DNA from: Squalus acanthias | Lineage: Eukaryota | NCBI GenBank assembly: GCA_030390025.1 | Contig: CM059425.1 | Span: 177,570,001-177,634,000 of the forward strand | Direction of reading: 5' to 3' | DNA: 64,000 nucleotides | Part shown: in pieces, positions 47,430 to 60,384 of the stretch | Layout of the letters: each line of letters opens with the position of its first letter | Position numbering within the stretch: the first letter of the stretch is position 1 | Notes under the pieces: generated by a model | What the model was told of the DNA's origin: nothing | Seen by the model: only the letters and a program-made list of their open reading frames with translations | Databases searched by the model: none | Translations under genes and position numbers: made by a program

Positions 47430-49297
47430 ATGGATACACAAAGGCAGAGGGCTGCACCCAGATTTAGCTATGCATCCCTGCATATTCTGGTGGAGGCAGT
47501 GAGACCACGCAGGGAGGACCAGTTCCCTGCAGATAGGGGCAAGAGACCTCCCAAAGACACCAAAAGGGCCTGGTTAGAGATCGCAGAGGAGGTCAGCAGC
47601 AGGGATGTTGTCAAGAGGACCTGGATACAGTGCAGGAAATGATTCATTGATCTCATGAGGTCAGGAAAGGTGAGTGCAAAGCCACACTCACCCTCATCCT
47701 GATGTGCCTGTCACCACATCCTCATCACTCTGCCTTCCCAAGCCTACTCCTGCACATCATTCCTTACACCAACATACCTTGCACATCCACCCATCCCTCT
47801 CTCTCTATGTACATACTCACATCCCCATCTGACTAACCATCCCTGACACTCACCCTCATCCTAATGCAATCATAGCAAGTAACACCACAGAAGGAGGCCA
47901 TTTGGCATTGGCATCCCACTCCCTCATAGTCATGCTCTACAGATGTAACCCATCCATTCCTTACACTCATGACATCACTCTTAATCAAACTTCTCTTCTT
48001 TCCCTTCTTGCAGAAAAGAGCTCAGAACAAAAGGGAGAGGCAGAGAACTGAAGGTGGCTCTCCAGTATTGACACAACTGACTCCAACAGAGATGGGGGCC
48101 CTGGCGATATCGCGAGTTGCAGAGCTGCTGGCGGTGGGAGACGAGAGAGGGGGACATCCCAGCAACCTGGTGACAGAATTACATCTCATACAGCCACATG
48201 GCATAAAGCAGTCACCCATATGGTGACTGATGTCAGCAGCCACTGAATTTTCATCATGTGCATAATGGTAGTGTTACCCATTCTTAATATAACACTTCTA
48301 AATCATCTCTTTACTCTCCCACAGGTCCATCAAGTGCCCCCCCACCACTTTCGAGCTGAAGGAGGAAGACGACTCCTCAGAGGAAGCTCCAGTCTCTGAG
48401 GGTGCACCATCAGCAGACCTAAGCGCAGCCAGCACCAGCGCAGATACGCACACCTCAGTGGGTCCTGTGTGAGATAGAGTAGTGTTGTCACCTGGTGTCT
48501 CACCCTTCACAAGTGAGCAAGAGCAGATGGTGTTGACAGGGACAGTAGTGGAGAGTCCTCGCCGGAGGGCACAGGATGCTCCAAGCTCTGCTGAGTGGCA
48601 TGCAGATGCTGAGCCTCGGGGGCCATCAAGAAAGAGGGTGATCTTGGAGGTGCAGGAAGAAGTGCAGGAGACTATGACTGGTTTTGCGGCCACGATGTCT
48701 ACAAATGTGCAGAGAATGGAGAAGTCCATTTCCAACATGAGCACCACCATCTTGCAGGCGATGGCGATGATGTGCTGTTCCATGGAAAGGATGCCCACCT
48801 GCATGGAGCAGCAAATGTGCCAGTCACATGAGCACATGCTAGCTGTGGACAACAGATGGCAGACGCTCATCGACCTCAACTCTAGGAGGGATATAAAAGT
48901 AGGCTTGGGCCTTTATCGCCCCACTGCTGTGCAGCAAGGTGCTCTCCAGCTCCTTGCTAGCAGGGAAGTGCGGGTGGCCCATGAGAGGGATGATGCTGAG
49001 AGGGGACATGGAAGTGGGGGCTCTTCTCAAAGTGCTCCCAATTCTCCCCCGTTGTCTTCCTCTCAGTCACAGCTGCACATACTTCCTCGGATCCTGATGG
49101 CCAAGTCTGCCCCTGCACAGTTGCAGGAGGGCCAGTCATTGGCGGGGCCCTCACAGGCTCCAAAGCCCAGAGCACATCCACCAAAAGTGTCTAACCAGAC
49201 GCAGCAGGGAAGTGAGCAACCTGCCTCTACCTCTGCTGAAGCCACAGGGGTTGCACCTCATAGAAGCACTTGGAAAAGAAAAAAGACACAGAAGTAG
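47430..49297 (+). pseudogene. Harbinger Myb/SANT gene, 3 exons
   Basis: MDTQRQRAAPRFS..AWLEIAEEV..RTWIQCRK*; donor AAG|GTGAGT ~47670; acceptors CTTGCAG ~48013 and CCCACAG ~48324. Confidence 0.8.
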
Positions 49298-49777
49298 ATG
49301 CACAAGGGTATGCACATGGGTGTATGAAAAAATGTTAATGTTAAGTTTCAGTTATTTTGATGACACAGATAAATGTATTTTTTTGCACCACCTTGCGGTC
49401 TTGTCCATTTTTGCCTGCTACCTTGGAAGTGGCTTTGTCACTTGGAGTGAATGGTGAGACATTACTTTACCTCGAGCACTGGGGGGTTGGGTGAGAGGAA
49501 TGGCTTGGTCATTGTAGGATGCTTTATGGTGTTGTTGGGGGTGGGGGGGAACCTAGTACAGCATGTGGCAGTCCGATGGGTGCATTCAAGCAAGTTAAGT
49601 AAATCTGTCCATGATGAGGCCATTCCAGGCCTCCCGGGCAGCAATGTGCACTACTGCTTGTGCCACCTCAGGTTCCTCCTCTTCCTCCTCCTCCTCATCT
49701 TCCACTTGATCCTCCTCCTTCTCTGAAGAGGCTGTGTGCTCTGTCCCTTGCTCCCCCTGCAGCTTCAGTCCACGCAG

Positions 49778-50800
49778 TTACACTATGTTGTGCAGCGCGC
49801 AGCAAACGACGATGATTCTGGAGACCCTGACTGGTGCATACTGAAGGGCTCCTCCAGATCTGTCAAGGCATCTGAAGCACAGCTTCCTCATACCTATTGC
49901 TTGCTCTGTGACACATTTGGTGGACATGGGGCTGTCATTATAGCGCTCTTCGGCCTCATTACTTGACCTCCTCAAGGGTGTCATCAGCCACATCTTCAGT
50001 GGATAGCCCTCGTCTCCAAGCAGCCAGCCGGTAAGTTTGTTTGGAGGTGTGAAGAGCTGAGGGAGGGTGGACTGGCGCAGAACGAAAGAGTCATGACAGC
50101 TGCCAGGGAATCTGGCACACACATGCATAATCATCTTTTTATGGTTGCAGTCGAGTTGCACATTGAGGGAGTGGAAGCCCTTGTGGTTCACAAACACTCC
50201 TGGGTGATGTGGGGGTGCCTTCATGGCCACATGTGTGCAGTCAATGACTCCCTGTGGGAAGCCAGCCAGAGCCGCAAAGCCGTGTGCCCATTCAGTAAAA
50301 CTGGCTTCATCAGTGGCAAAGTTCACATAAGTGGCTGACTTGTGAAACATGGCATCGGTCACCTGGGTGATGCATCTGTGGGCGGTCGACTGTGAGATCC
50401 TGCAAATGTCTGCTGCAGATCCCTGGAAGGAGCCTGAGGCGAAGAAGTTGAGGGTGGTGGTGACTTTGACAGCCACTGGCAAGGAGTGTCCACCAGGACC
50501 TCTGGGCAGCAGGTCTTGTTCCAGCAAGCTACAAATGTCTGCGACGACCTGGCGCGATAGCCTGAGCCTCCTGAAGCACTGCTGCTCAGTCATGTTGAGG
50601 AAGCTCATCCTCTGCCTGTGTACCCTGTGTTGGGGGTATCGCCTCCGACGTACTGCAGCCCTGTGCTGACCCTCTCTCTCCTGTGCAACATCAGGTCGTT
50701 GAGGAGAAGGCTGATGTTGTGGTTGCTGCTGCTGCTGGTGTTGGGGCTCATCTTGGTCCGATTCTGAGGACCAAGGTGAGACAATATAAGTGGCATCCAT
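49778..50800 (-). pseudogene. HARBI1-like transposase, longest uninterrupted copy in the window
   Basis: [26 protein letters not shown]; small deletion before GVID; stop before the acidic tail. Confidence 0.9.
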
Positions 50801-52149
50801 GCTAATGTAGTAGATGGCAGGTAAAGTGGAGATCAGAGGGCCAATCCCGCAATGTTCTGATACTGAGTAGCAATGCGTTGAGAGTGGCGTCTGAGGTTGT
50901 AGAAATGACCTGCAAACTGCTGACACCTAAATCAGTGGACAAAATGGAGTCAGCAAGCGCCTTTCCATTAGGCAAGTAATGAGGTGTAATGTAGGAGTAT
51001 TTATGTGGTTTTTCCCAGTTCTCAATGAATGGACTCGCACAATGTCCTCTGAGCCTCCCCCTCCCCTTCACAGGCTGCGTGAATCTCGTGCTTCTGGAGT
51101 TAAAGTCGAAAGCTGCTGTTAAAAACCCTCTTAAGGGTCTCTCAACAAGCAGTTAATTACTTGAATGAGGTCGCCCGCCTCTGCCGATCGGGTCCATGGC
51201 GCGCCTTCAAAGGCGCCCAAGTTAAATGTACAAGGCGGTGGGATGATGGCGGGTTCCCAAAGGGCTGGCAATTTCGGGGATTTTTACTGCCGACCCACCC
51301 CCAAACGCGCACGCTCGACAACGGGAAAATTCCAGCCACTGACTCTCGCCCTCTCTTTCTGTAGGAGAAGATGCACATTACACCTGGGAGGAACAGGATG
51401 GGTGGAGGAGCTCCAACACCATCGCCCTCACACAGACAGAGTAAGAAGCCCTTGAGATCATTGGCTCAGGTCGTGTCATGAGCATCAGGCCAGGAGAGGT
51501 TGGTGATGTACCCAAGCAGGGTGTCTGTATATTACTTGTATCCCTTTGTTCAACTCAGCACAGAGCTCTGTCCTGTTGACTGCTGAATTCAGTGGGAAAG
51601 GCGATATATTGCTCGACCCTGGCAAAGGGGTGGGTTGGTCACCTGCTTAATGTAACCATGAACTACAATCTGGGAGATGCTGTTGATGTCCCCTGTTGCA
51701 GACTGAAAAGATCCAGTGGCATAAAATTTCAGGGCTGTGGTGACTTTGAGGGCCACTGGCATGGCATGTCCCCACCTGGTCCAGCAGGCAGCAGGTCCTG
51801 TTGCAGAGGTCTGAAATAGTCTGTCTGAAGAAGCACAACCTCCTCCCACACTGCTCCTCAGATAGGTGCCACAAGGTGACTTTTGTGCTGTCGACCCTGG
51901 CCTAGAAATTGGATAAGGCTAAAAACGGGCGCGGGGATCGTGGTCTTTGTGCTGCCTGCTGATTAGCATGATTGAACGCACTGCTGAGTGGCTGAACGCT
52001 CAGCAGGGGGTCCAAATTTGTGCGAGGCTAGCTCCAATTAAAGCTAGCCTACACTACTTAAAGGCTGTCTGCACACTTAAAGGGGAGGTGCATTCTGCCT
52101 GCAACAGGTGATTGAAGTAGCCTGGAAGACAGCGGACAACAAAAATACA

Positions 52150-54191
52150 ATGATGGCACAACAGGGGAGAGAGCGTGCACTTAGGTTCTCCGATGCTGCA
52201 CTGCAGGCCTTGGTCCAGGAGGTCAACTCCAGGAGAGAGGTCCTCTTTCCACACAGGGCCAGGAGGCCCACCAGGCAACAGACCAAAGTGCAGTCAGAGC
52301 AGATAGCCTCTGTGGTAAATGCCAGCAGTGTAGCCCCAAGGATCTGGACTCAGTGCAGGAAGAACTTTAATGACCTCACACGAGTGGTCAAGGCCAGTGA
52401 ATGCATCTTCAATACCATATGCCACCATCTGCACCATGAGCCTCGCACACTGATCAATGCACCACACCCCCATCACTAACCTACCAACAATCTCTAAAAA
52501 TACAACTTACAACCAGTGTTCCCTGTACAACCAGCGGCCCATTTAAATATTCGCGCACGCATGGTTTCTTCCATTTTAAACCCGGTGAGGGGCCTCCAGA
52601 CCGCTGCGTGGCCACACGGCTGCTCAGGTTACCAGGAACGTTGCTCACAACTCACATTCACAGCTTCACCTGACCCGCACATACTTGCCACTGCTGCAAG
52701 CCACACATCCACATCTCACAGCTTGCACACACTGCCAGCTATTCAACAATGACAGCCACATTACCCAAACACATTACACCACACTCACTGACACACTTCC
52801 CTTTCTCTTGCAAGATAAGGTGGCACCTAACCGGTGCCAGCAGAACATAACCTGCGGGTGACAGGCCCAGCTGCATGAACTCACCCCCATGCAAGAGGCG
52901 GTGCTGGACATTCTTGGCAGGGCATGGCTGAGCCCTTGGCCAGCGGTGGGGCTGAAAGAATACAAGATGCTGGTATCCTCATACGTTATCCTCCTTCTCA
53001 CATCCCTCTTCCCCCTCATCCCGCAATCTCTTCTGATTTACTATCTGCACATGGTGTAAGCATGCACCTCTTGCTTTCCCCCCCTCCCCTCACCACAACC
53101 CTACCCTTGTGCCTTTCTCATTTTAGACACCCAAGAAATCCAGCCTGCCCAGACAGTGCTTCAACAAGAAGAGGGCGAGGAGAGTGAAGTGAGAAGAAGA
53201 AGAAACACCGTCACTCGATTTCACACTCCCAGTCACCAATTCAGATACTGACACTCCGCATAATTTAGAGGATAGGTTAGACACAGAATCGGCACCTGGT
53301 GAGACAGCAGGCATGAATGGGCTGCAACCAGGGCAGGGGGAAAGGGCAGTGCAGGTGCCAGCTCCCAGGAGAGTGAGGTCGCAAATGAGTTCTGTTGCAC
53401 AGGACTCAGATGAAGGTTTCGATGGGGTGGCCTACAGAAGAACGCTGAATGGTATGCACAGTGAAATGCTTGGTGCATTGGCAGGCCTGCCAGAAAGCCT
53501 GAATGTAATGTCAAGGAGCATGGAGGAGTCCAGCTCCAGCCTTGCACAGGGCTTTGGGCAGAGCTTGGAGCCCATCATTTCCAGCGTGGAAGGGGTGGGC
53601 AGATCCATTAACGCACTTGTGGACTTTACCATCATGCCACATCTCAGTCTCAGACTGGCTAAAGTCTCAGCTTCCATTGCAGCACAAGCAAAGGTCACCC
53701 AACAACTTGAGTGCTGTAATGGAAGCTCAGACTGAAGTCATGCAAGCACAAACTGCTGCCATCATGGCTGGGTTTACCAGTGTTGAAAGGAGCTTGCAGG
53801 GTGTCACAGCAGTCTGTACTCCAGCAGATTACTAGGATTGCTGAGGTGCTGCCCTGGGGGAGTAGCAATGGATCCGTGGAGGCCGACCCCACTGTCCTCT
53901 CTCAAGATGACAGCATTCACACTGCCACCTCTGTCACTCTGCCAGTGCCCTTGCTGTTGCCTGTAAGTCAGCCAACCCAGACTGCTGCCGCCCATGCCGA
54001 GGTGGTGCAGTCCGAAGCGGCCCAGAGCTCCTCGAGATCATCCTGCAAGGTCATCTGTAGTCTCCCCCACTGAAAGTCAGCAGCCTTCCACCAGCCATGC
54101 TGCAGCCACTGGGGTAGCACTGCATAGGAGCACTAGGATAGGGAAAGGCACACGCAAGACAGTCACTAAGGGAATGCACAAGGGAGATTAG
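52150..54191 (+). pseudogene. Harbinger Myb/SANT gene, 3 exons, decayed
   Basis: MAQQGRERALRFSDAALQALVQEV..WTQCRKNFNDLTRVVK; C-terminus TKGMHKGD*. Confidence 0.82.
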
Positions 54192-54380
54192 TTGATTTTT
54201 TTGATGTAATATTGGACGGTAGATGTACAAAATTGGTTTGGAATATTTGCTTTGTGGTGGCTTTTATTTCAGCATTGTGGCCAAGAGGACGCTGTGAAGG
54301 TCAGTAACAAAGGGAAGGTAAGGTGTAGGACTAATGTTGAATGGGGAATTGGGGTTGTATTCACTGTTATCGCAGGCGGA

Positions 54381-55539
54381 TTATTCGATCCCGGATATCC
54401 CGACCAATAAGGGGCTATCTGGGTTGCCTCCTTCCTTCCACTTCCTCTCCACCTCTTCTGCTTCCTCCTCTTCCGTTTCCTCTTCCTCCTCCTGAGCTGG
54501 TAGCTGTAACTCTGGTGGTGATGGTTGTGCCCTCATGATGGCCAGGTTGTGGAGGATACAGCAGACCACCATGAATCGGGACACACGGGAGTACTGCAGG
54601 GCTCCTCCAGAGCGGTCCAGGCAGCAAAACTGTTGCTTCAGCACCCCAATGGTCTGCTTTATGATGTTTCGTGTGTCAGCATGGCTCTCGTTGTACACAG
54701 GCTGGCCATGTGTGGTTGGTTGGGGAGCGGAATCATGAGCCAGTTGATCAAGGGATAGCCCTTGTCGCCAGTAGCCACCCTTTGGTTTGTCGTGGTGGAT
54801 CAGAGACTGAGGGAACAGCGACTGGCGCAGAATAAAAACTTTATGACTGCTGCCAGGATACTGGGCATTCACCATCATGATGTGTTGAGCATGGTCACAC
54901 ACCAACTGCACATTCAGCAAGTGGAAACCTTTGCAGTTGCGATACATCTCAACATTTAGAAGTGTCGCCCGCAAAGCCACGTGCATGCAGTCAATGGCTT
55001 CCTGCACCATGGGGAAGTCCGCTATCCTGGCAAAGCCACGTGCACGCTCCGTCTGCTTCTCTCTGGTCAGAGAGAAGACAATAAAATCCCCTCTCCTGGC
55101 ATAACGAGCGTCTGTCACCTCTCTTATGCAGCAGTGAACTGCGAGATGTTACAGATGTTGCCTGCTCCAGCCTGGAAGGATCCCGATGCAAAGAAATTCA
55201 GGGCCACGGTCACCTTCACAGCCACTGGCAGCGCTGTCCTTCCCCTGGTGTGAGGCTGCAGGTCTGGTTGCAAGAGATGGCAGAGTTCTGTGAGCACCTC
55301 CTTCGTAAAGCACAGACGCCTCACACACTGTTCCTGGTTCAGACTGAGATAAGAGAATTGCTCTCGGAAGACCCTAGCTGGGTAAGGGTACATGCTCTGG
55401 TGAGTACTGTCGGGCTCCTGCTGAGAGCCCTTCTCCCCCTCGTCCTCCTCCCTCTAAGAGCAGCTTGTCCTCTTTGCTGTATCTGCTCCATCTCCCTGTC
55501 ACGCTGCAGGCCAAGGGGGATGACAACTAGAGCACTCAT
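54381..55539 (-). pseudogene. HARBI1-like transposase pseudogene
   Basis: [36 protein letters not shown]; frameshifts. Confidence 0.88.
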
Positions 55540-56495
55540 GATTGAGAGCAAATGGTCTGACCAGAATCATTGAAATCAGAAGCAAGGCCTTCTCCACTTG
55601 CAGCACCCATTCCCTGTCACCTCACCAACTTTAAACAACTCTAGAAAGCTGCAAAAACTTCCACAAACTTACGCAGAGCCAGTTAAAACCAAAAAGCAAG
55701 TCAGCTAAAAGTTGGCGATGATCTCTTTAAGTGCTGGTGGGGTGTGAGGTGGGGGGGTCCTTCCTGTTGCTGAACGCATGTTCAGCTGGGCGAGGTTAAG
55801 AGAGGGCATAGGCTCCAGCAATAATGACGTAAATGGCAGTGCTGGCGTCAACGTCATGATCTGCCTACTTACCATACTTCCAGCGCACGCTCCTAACGGC
55901 TGCCTTACCGCCCTCACCCATATGGCGTCTGGCGTGGCCTGCAACAGAAGTGTGTGCGCGCTGCTCGGACGCCATCTTGGACCCAATGTGGCACCTGTAG
56001 CGCCCAAATAATGAGTGATATGCAACCGAATCTTTAGCCCTCTCTGTGCTGGGTATGGCCTCCTGTGTGCTGCACCCCCACCTGTTGTCGTGTGAGAGGT
56101 CCAGGTACTGGCGATGGTGGTTGCCGAGGCTACTGTTATTGCTCCTCCTCCAAGTCTTGCTCCCTCCAGAAGAAAGATGCAAGAATGGCACCCATAGTAA
56201 GTAGAGAAAGCTGACTAAAAGGTGGTAAAGCAACAGAAATGTAGAAGTAGAGATCTGGAAGCTGGAAACCCTCCTAGCAAACCAGACAGAAAAAGATTAG
56301 TTCCAGAGCTAGTCAGATCTGCAATTCGATCTGTGAAAACCCATTAGTTGGGCTTGCACTTCTAAATATTCACTGAGATATTGCAGGGAACAGTAACAAA
56401 GTTATTGATAGATTAACTACAGACAACCAATGCTTAGACATCCTGCTTTAGAATTTTTGTCTAACTGTAAGCTTCGCAAAATTCCCCAGAAACTC

Positions 56496-58723
56496 GTATA
56501 GAACCCTAAAAGGGGTGATTTTTGGATTTTTCCTACGAATTTGGGATGATGGGACATAAGTGAAGTGATTTGAGGTAAAAACCTCAGTTTTGGACATTTT
56601 AAAGATCAGGGAAGAAAAACCCTGAGGAAAAATGACTTTTGAAAATGACTATGGGGAAAAAAAGGGGTGTGGCGAGGCAGTGGACAACTTTTGGAGTCAA
56701 GCTGTCTGGAATTTGTTTGCACTGCATTCCAGGCAGGAGGAAGAACCTCACCCAAAACCTCACAACACATCCATAATTGAATAATTCAAGACACCTTTTG
56801 AATATCGCCAGGCCCAAACAGGATGCCAGAAGCCTGTAAACAATAAAACATCTAGTACAGCCATTACTTCATCAAAAAACCAATCAGCCAGGTATCTATA
56901 GGGACAAGATTTGGCGTGTAGATAAAGGCCCTGCCTAAATGGGAGACATCAGAAGCCATCAGGACAATTTAACACCAAGTTAAAACCATCAAAACTTAAC
57001 AAGTCCGCAAAACTAAGACAATGGAATGAACAGGCCTCAACTGAAACCTAAATCACTTCAACACGAAACTGATTTAGGAAAGGGGTTTTGGCGCGAAAAA
57101 GACAAAGGGCTGGATTTTGTCTTGGGGTCGGGTTGGGGTCGTGTCATCCGCATTTCGTGTTGCCCCCCCGACTCCAGATTAATGTGGATGAATTATGCAA
57201 TTTTCATTTAATTGGGCAATTGAGTTCCAGCATGTGGGAACCCATGAACCAATTAGTGGTTTCAGTCTGAAAGTCGCCTCTGATGATGTCATCATTGCAG
57301 GTCAGAGCATGACTGCCTGGCTTTTGCTGTGGACCTGGATGCAAAATGAGCAGCAGCTCAGAGAGAGAGAGAGAGGGAGAGAGGGAGAGGGAGAGAGACA
57401 GAGACAGAGACAGAGAGAGACAGAGAATATGAGAATTTTTTCCATCCAGGTCCTCTCACAGCAAGGTCAGGCAGTCTCTGAAGACATTCAATGCAGCAGC
57501 ATCAGAGGCGACTTTCAGACCTAATACTACTACTACCTTCATCACAATACTACTACTACTTTCATCACATCTCCGTTGTAATAGTGGACCTGCAGCTGAT
57601 AGTCAGCTATCCACTTGTGCTCCCGCCAGGTTTCACTGGAGTGTTTCACATCAGGCGTACTTCACGTCGGAAAAGGGTTAAAACGTTTCAAAATGGCATT
57701 ACAGAGCCAATTTAGGGCTTGTTAAGGGCTTTAATGGCCTCTCCCGCCTCTTGGAGGCGGGACGGAGTCGGAAACCCCGCGACCGATTTTGTCAAAATTG
57801 CGTGGAGGCGGGATGGAGTCGGGATGGGGTCGGGACCCCCGAATCTGCAACTTTAACCCCTCACACGCCTCCAAACCCGACTCCACGGGTCATTGAAAAT
57901 CTAGCCCAAAGGGTCTGAACAGTATAATTGAGGGCCTAAACCCCCAAGAAGCTCTCTCTCAGCTCTGTTCCAGTTGCAGCAAGTTCCAGCAAGACACTAC
58001 CAGCCACACGACACAAGCAGGAGGAGGAGAGAAGCAGCAAGGCCACGAGGCAGACCCGGGGTGAGATCGGAGGCAAGGACAGACTAGGCCAGGCAAGGGC
58101 TAGAGCTAAGGCCACTGGGAGTGAGTCGGCATCGCTCAGCACACGGTCTAGCACTAGCAGCCACTAGCCAAGGTCACTGGAGGCTGGGAGCGAGTCGGCA
58201 TCGCTCAACCCACGGTCCAGCCCCAGAAGTTACCACCCCGACAAGCCTCCAACGCAACAAAACTCGATGACCAGACCACCATCGCAGATTTCACAGACTG
58301 GTACCAGGTGGGGACGGCAGGCCCCAAAGGACAAAAAGAGAGTACCTCAAAATCGCAATCAACTTACCTGGCTGGATTTCGCACTGTCAAAACCCCTGTT
58401 TGGTGAGCATTATCCTTGATCTCCTGAAACCAGAACCTAGCTAGATAGTGGGATTTTTGGGAGGGATAAGGGTTTTTGTATATTGTCATTCTCCCTCGCC
58501 TGTACCGTGTGTTCCCCAACCTGTTTAAGTGTTAAGTGTGTTTTAAGTTTGTTACCTTTTCTTTTAATAAAAGTCAAAATTCTTTCATCGGAACCTGTTG
58601 TCTACTGCATCTTTGTTCACAACCCCCAAATAAGTCCAAGGTCCAGAACCAGGGGCGTGGGAGTGATTCGAACCGCTCGCTGAGTCAGAGGTGAGGCTGA
58701 CCCCGACCACACCACCCACTACA
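56496..58723 (+). mobile_element. Probable solo LTR (left boundary uncertain)
   Basis: TATA-like ~57923, AATAAA 58566, ends CTACA; internal ~40-bp duplication 58112-58222; no clean TSD found. Confidence 0.45.
57107..57907. mobile_element. Harbinger MITE containing a (GA)n tract
   Basis: TIRs GGGCTGGATTTT / AAAATCTAGCCC; TSD AAA; arms resemble the 47137 element. Confidence 0.87.
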
Positions 58724-59679
58724 AACAAGACTGTATTTTTCCCTTCCCATTTGTTTTATTTGAATTATTAGATTAATGGAAGCAATAATGTTTCTATTTG
58801 AACCTTATTTTGAAATTCCTACTTGAAGTAGCTTTGTTTGTATTGGCAAGCTCATATCCAAAAAAAAACCCTGAATAAATCCTGCTTTCGCCACTGCATA
58901 ACCCTGTGGTGCAGCACGATAGTGAAGCAACAGGCTGTGCCAACAGCTGACCTCTCCACAGCTGCTTCTCGTAAGTGAATCTTTTATTCTGCTTCTTGTA
59001 AGTGTACAATGACTTGCTCGGAAGCTATTTTTCAACTAATACACAAGGCGAAAACCTGGGGTATGGAGTGGGAGGAAGTAGTGCATTGGAGGATGGTCAT
59101 GAGTTTGATTACATTTTTTAGACTTTGAATACAAAATATATAAAATGTATAGAAATATGGGGTTTTCTGTTTTCAGCTGAAATTTAGAAAAAAAAGTCGG
59201 AAAACTTGTAAAAATGCCTCATTCAGTAGAAAATAAAATGCTCCACGGTTCTAAAAAAAACTGCATGCTCTATTTGATGAAGATAATTGGTTCATTTTTG
59301 TGAGCGCTGTAGGTCTGAAGAACAACACGACTTCCCAGCAGGGAAAATCCGTGGGCACGTTTGATTGATCTTTAAGTATGCTAAATGAGACGGCTTAAAG
59401 GCTATTACATTTACCATGAAAGTGGTCTCAGTATTACAGGCTATAATAAAGCTGGATGGTCCTTTCACTGTAGTTATAGTGTGCCATGTTACCACAGCTC
59501 AGTCTGCCCGATAACATTATATGAGTCCCTGTCCTCAAGTCTGGTCTTTGAAATTAATTTGATGGAGTCTCCCATTAAATCAACAGTGGTTATGGTTGCG
59601 CTGATGGGAGACAAGCCTGATCCTGAATTTACATATACAGCCGCATGGAAAGCCAGATGAGGTGGATAGACGAGTTACC

Positions 59680-60380
59680 TTGCGTGCCAGGCATGCTTGG
59701 TGGCCAGATCTCGTAACCTCGCAGCCTCAAATTTATTGAAAACGACACAGCAGACATGGCAGCATTGTGGTCTGTTTTTGGCTGTCTTCCCAGGTGTTGG
59801 TGTTAACATTGCAAGATCTTAAGGCAGCTTACAATGTGTCTTTAAAGCATTTCATCTGTCCAACTTTGTTGCAATATCCAGACTGTAGTTCGCCGTAGAA
59901 GACGGCTTTGGGAATTCTATAATCAGACATGTGAACCATGTGTCCAGACCAACGCAACGGGACCTTTTTGACTGTGGCCTCAATTCCTGTTATATTTCAG
60001 CACATAAGGACAGTGTTTGGCATGCAGTCCTGCCACTTGATGCCAACGAGACATCGGAGACATCAGAAGTGGAAATGGTCGGGTCACCTGATGTGATGAT
60101 GGTAGCAGACTCCGACCCATATAGTAGGATGGTGAGGAAAACAGCTTGGTATATTGCGGCTTTTATTGGTAGACTAACCCCTTGTTCCTGTCAGAGTCTC
60201 CACTTGAGTTTGCCAAAGGCAGCGCTGGCCCTACCAATCCGATGAGTGATGTCGTCTTTGATTCGAGAGAGAATGGTAACTTGGTAGCAGAATTTGTCCG
60301 TGACCTTAAGTGGTATGTTATTGATCGTAAACACAGGGGGTGTGACTGGGTGACAGACCAAAGTACAGTAGGAGCAGAGA
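59680..60380 (-). mobile_element. RTE-clade LINE 3' fragment
   Basis: RIGRASAAFGKL, TILLYGSE, RWSGHV..RIPK..YGEL motifs. Confidence 0.75.
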
Positions 60381-60384
60381 GCCA

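Larger units (their letters stand above)
47137..51337. mobile_element. PIF/Harbinger transposon (second family), near complete
   Basis: Termini GTCGGGAATTTT / AAAATTCCAGCC; TSD ACT; sits in intron 1 of the older Myb gene. Confidence 0.85.
51899..56040. mobile_element. PIF/Harbinger transposon inserted in an older transposase gene
   Basis: Termini GGCCTAGAAATTGG / CCGAATCTTTAGCCC; flanks rejoin to RRPYPAQRV on the minus strand. Confidence 0.82.
45290..56195. mobile_element. Old Harbinger element fragmented by one CR1 and two Harbinger insertions
   Basis: Myb exon 1 at 45293-45457 + 46672-46731 (RTWVQCRKRFNYLTRPAK|GTGAGT), exon 2 ~51365; transposase (-) at 51590-51898 + 56041-56193. Confidence 0.7.

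Noticed and set aside
49778..50926. Host HARBI1 gene
   Set aside because: Lies between TIRs with a TSD, is paired with a Myb gene and has many decayed paralogs nearby; it is a transposon copy
58831..59240. Possible host exons (AG..GTAAGT at 58831-58970; acceptor TTTTCTGTTTTCAG at ~59177)
   Set aside because: Weak first acceptor, no recognisable protein, and joining them gives an almost immediate stop; needs RNA-seq
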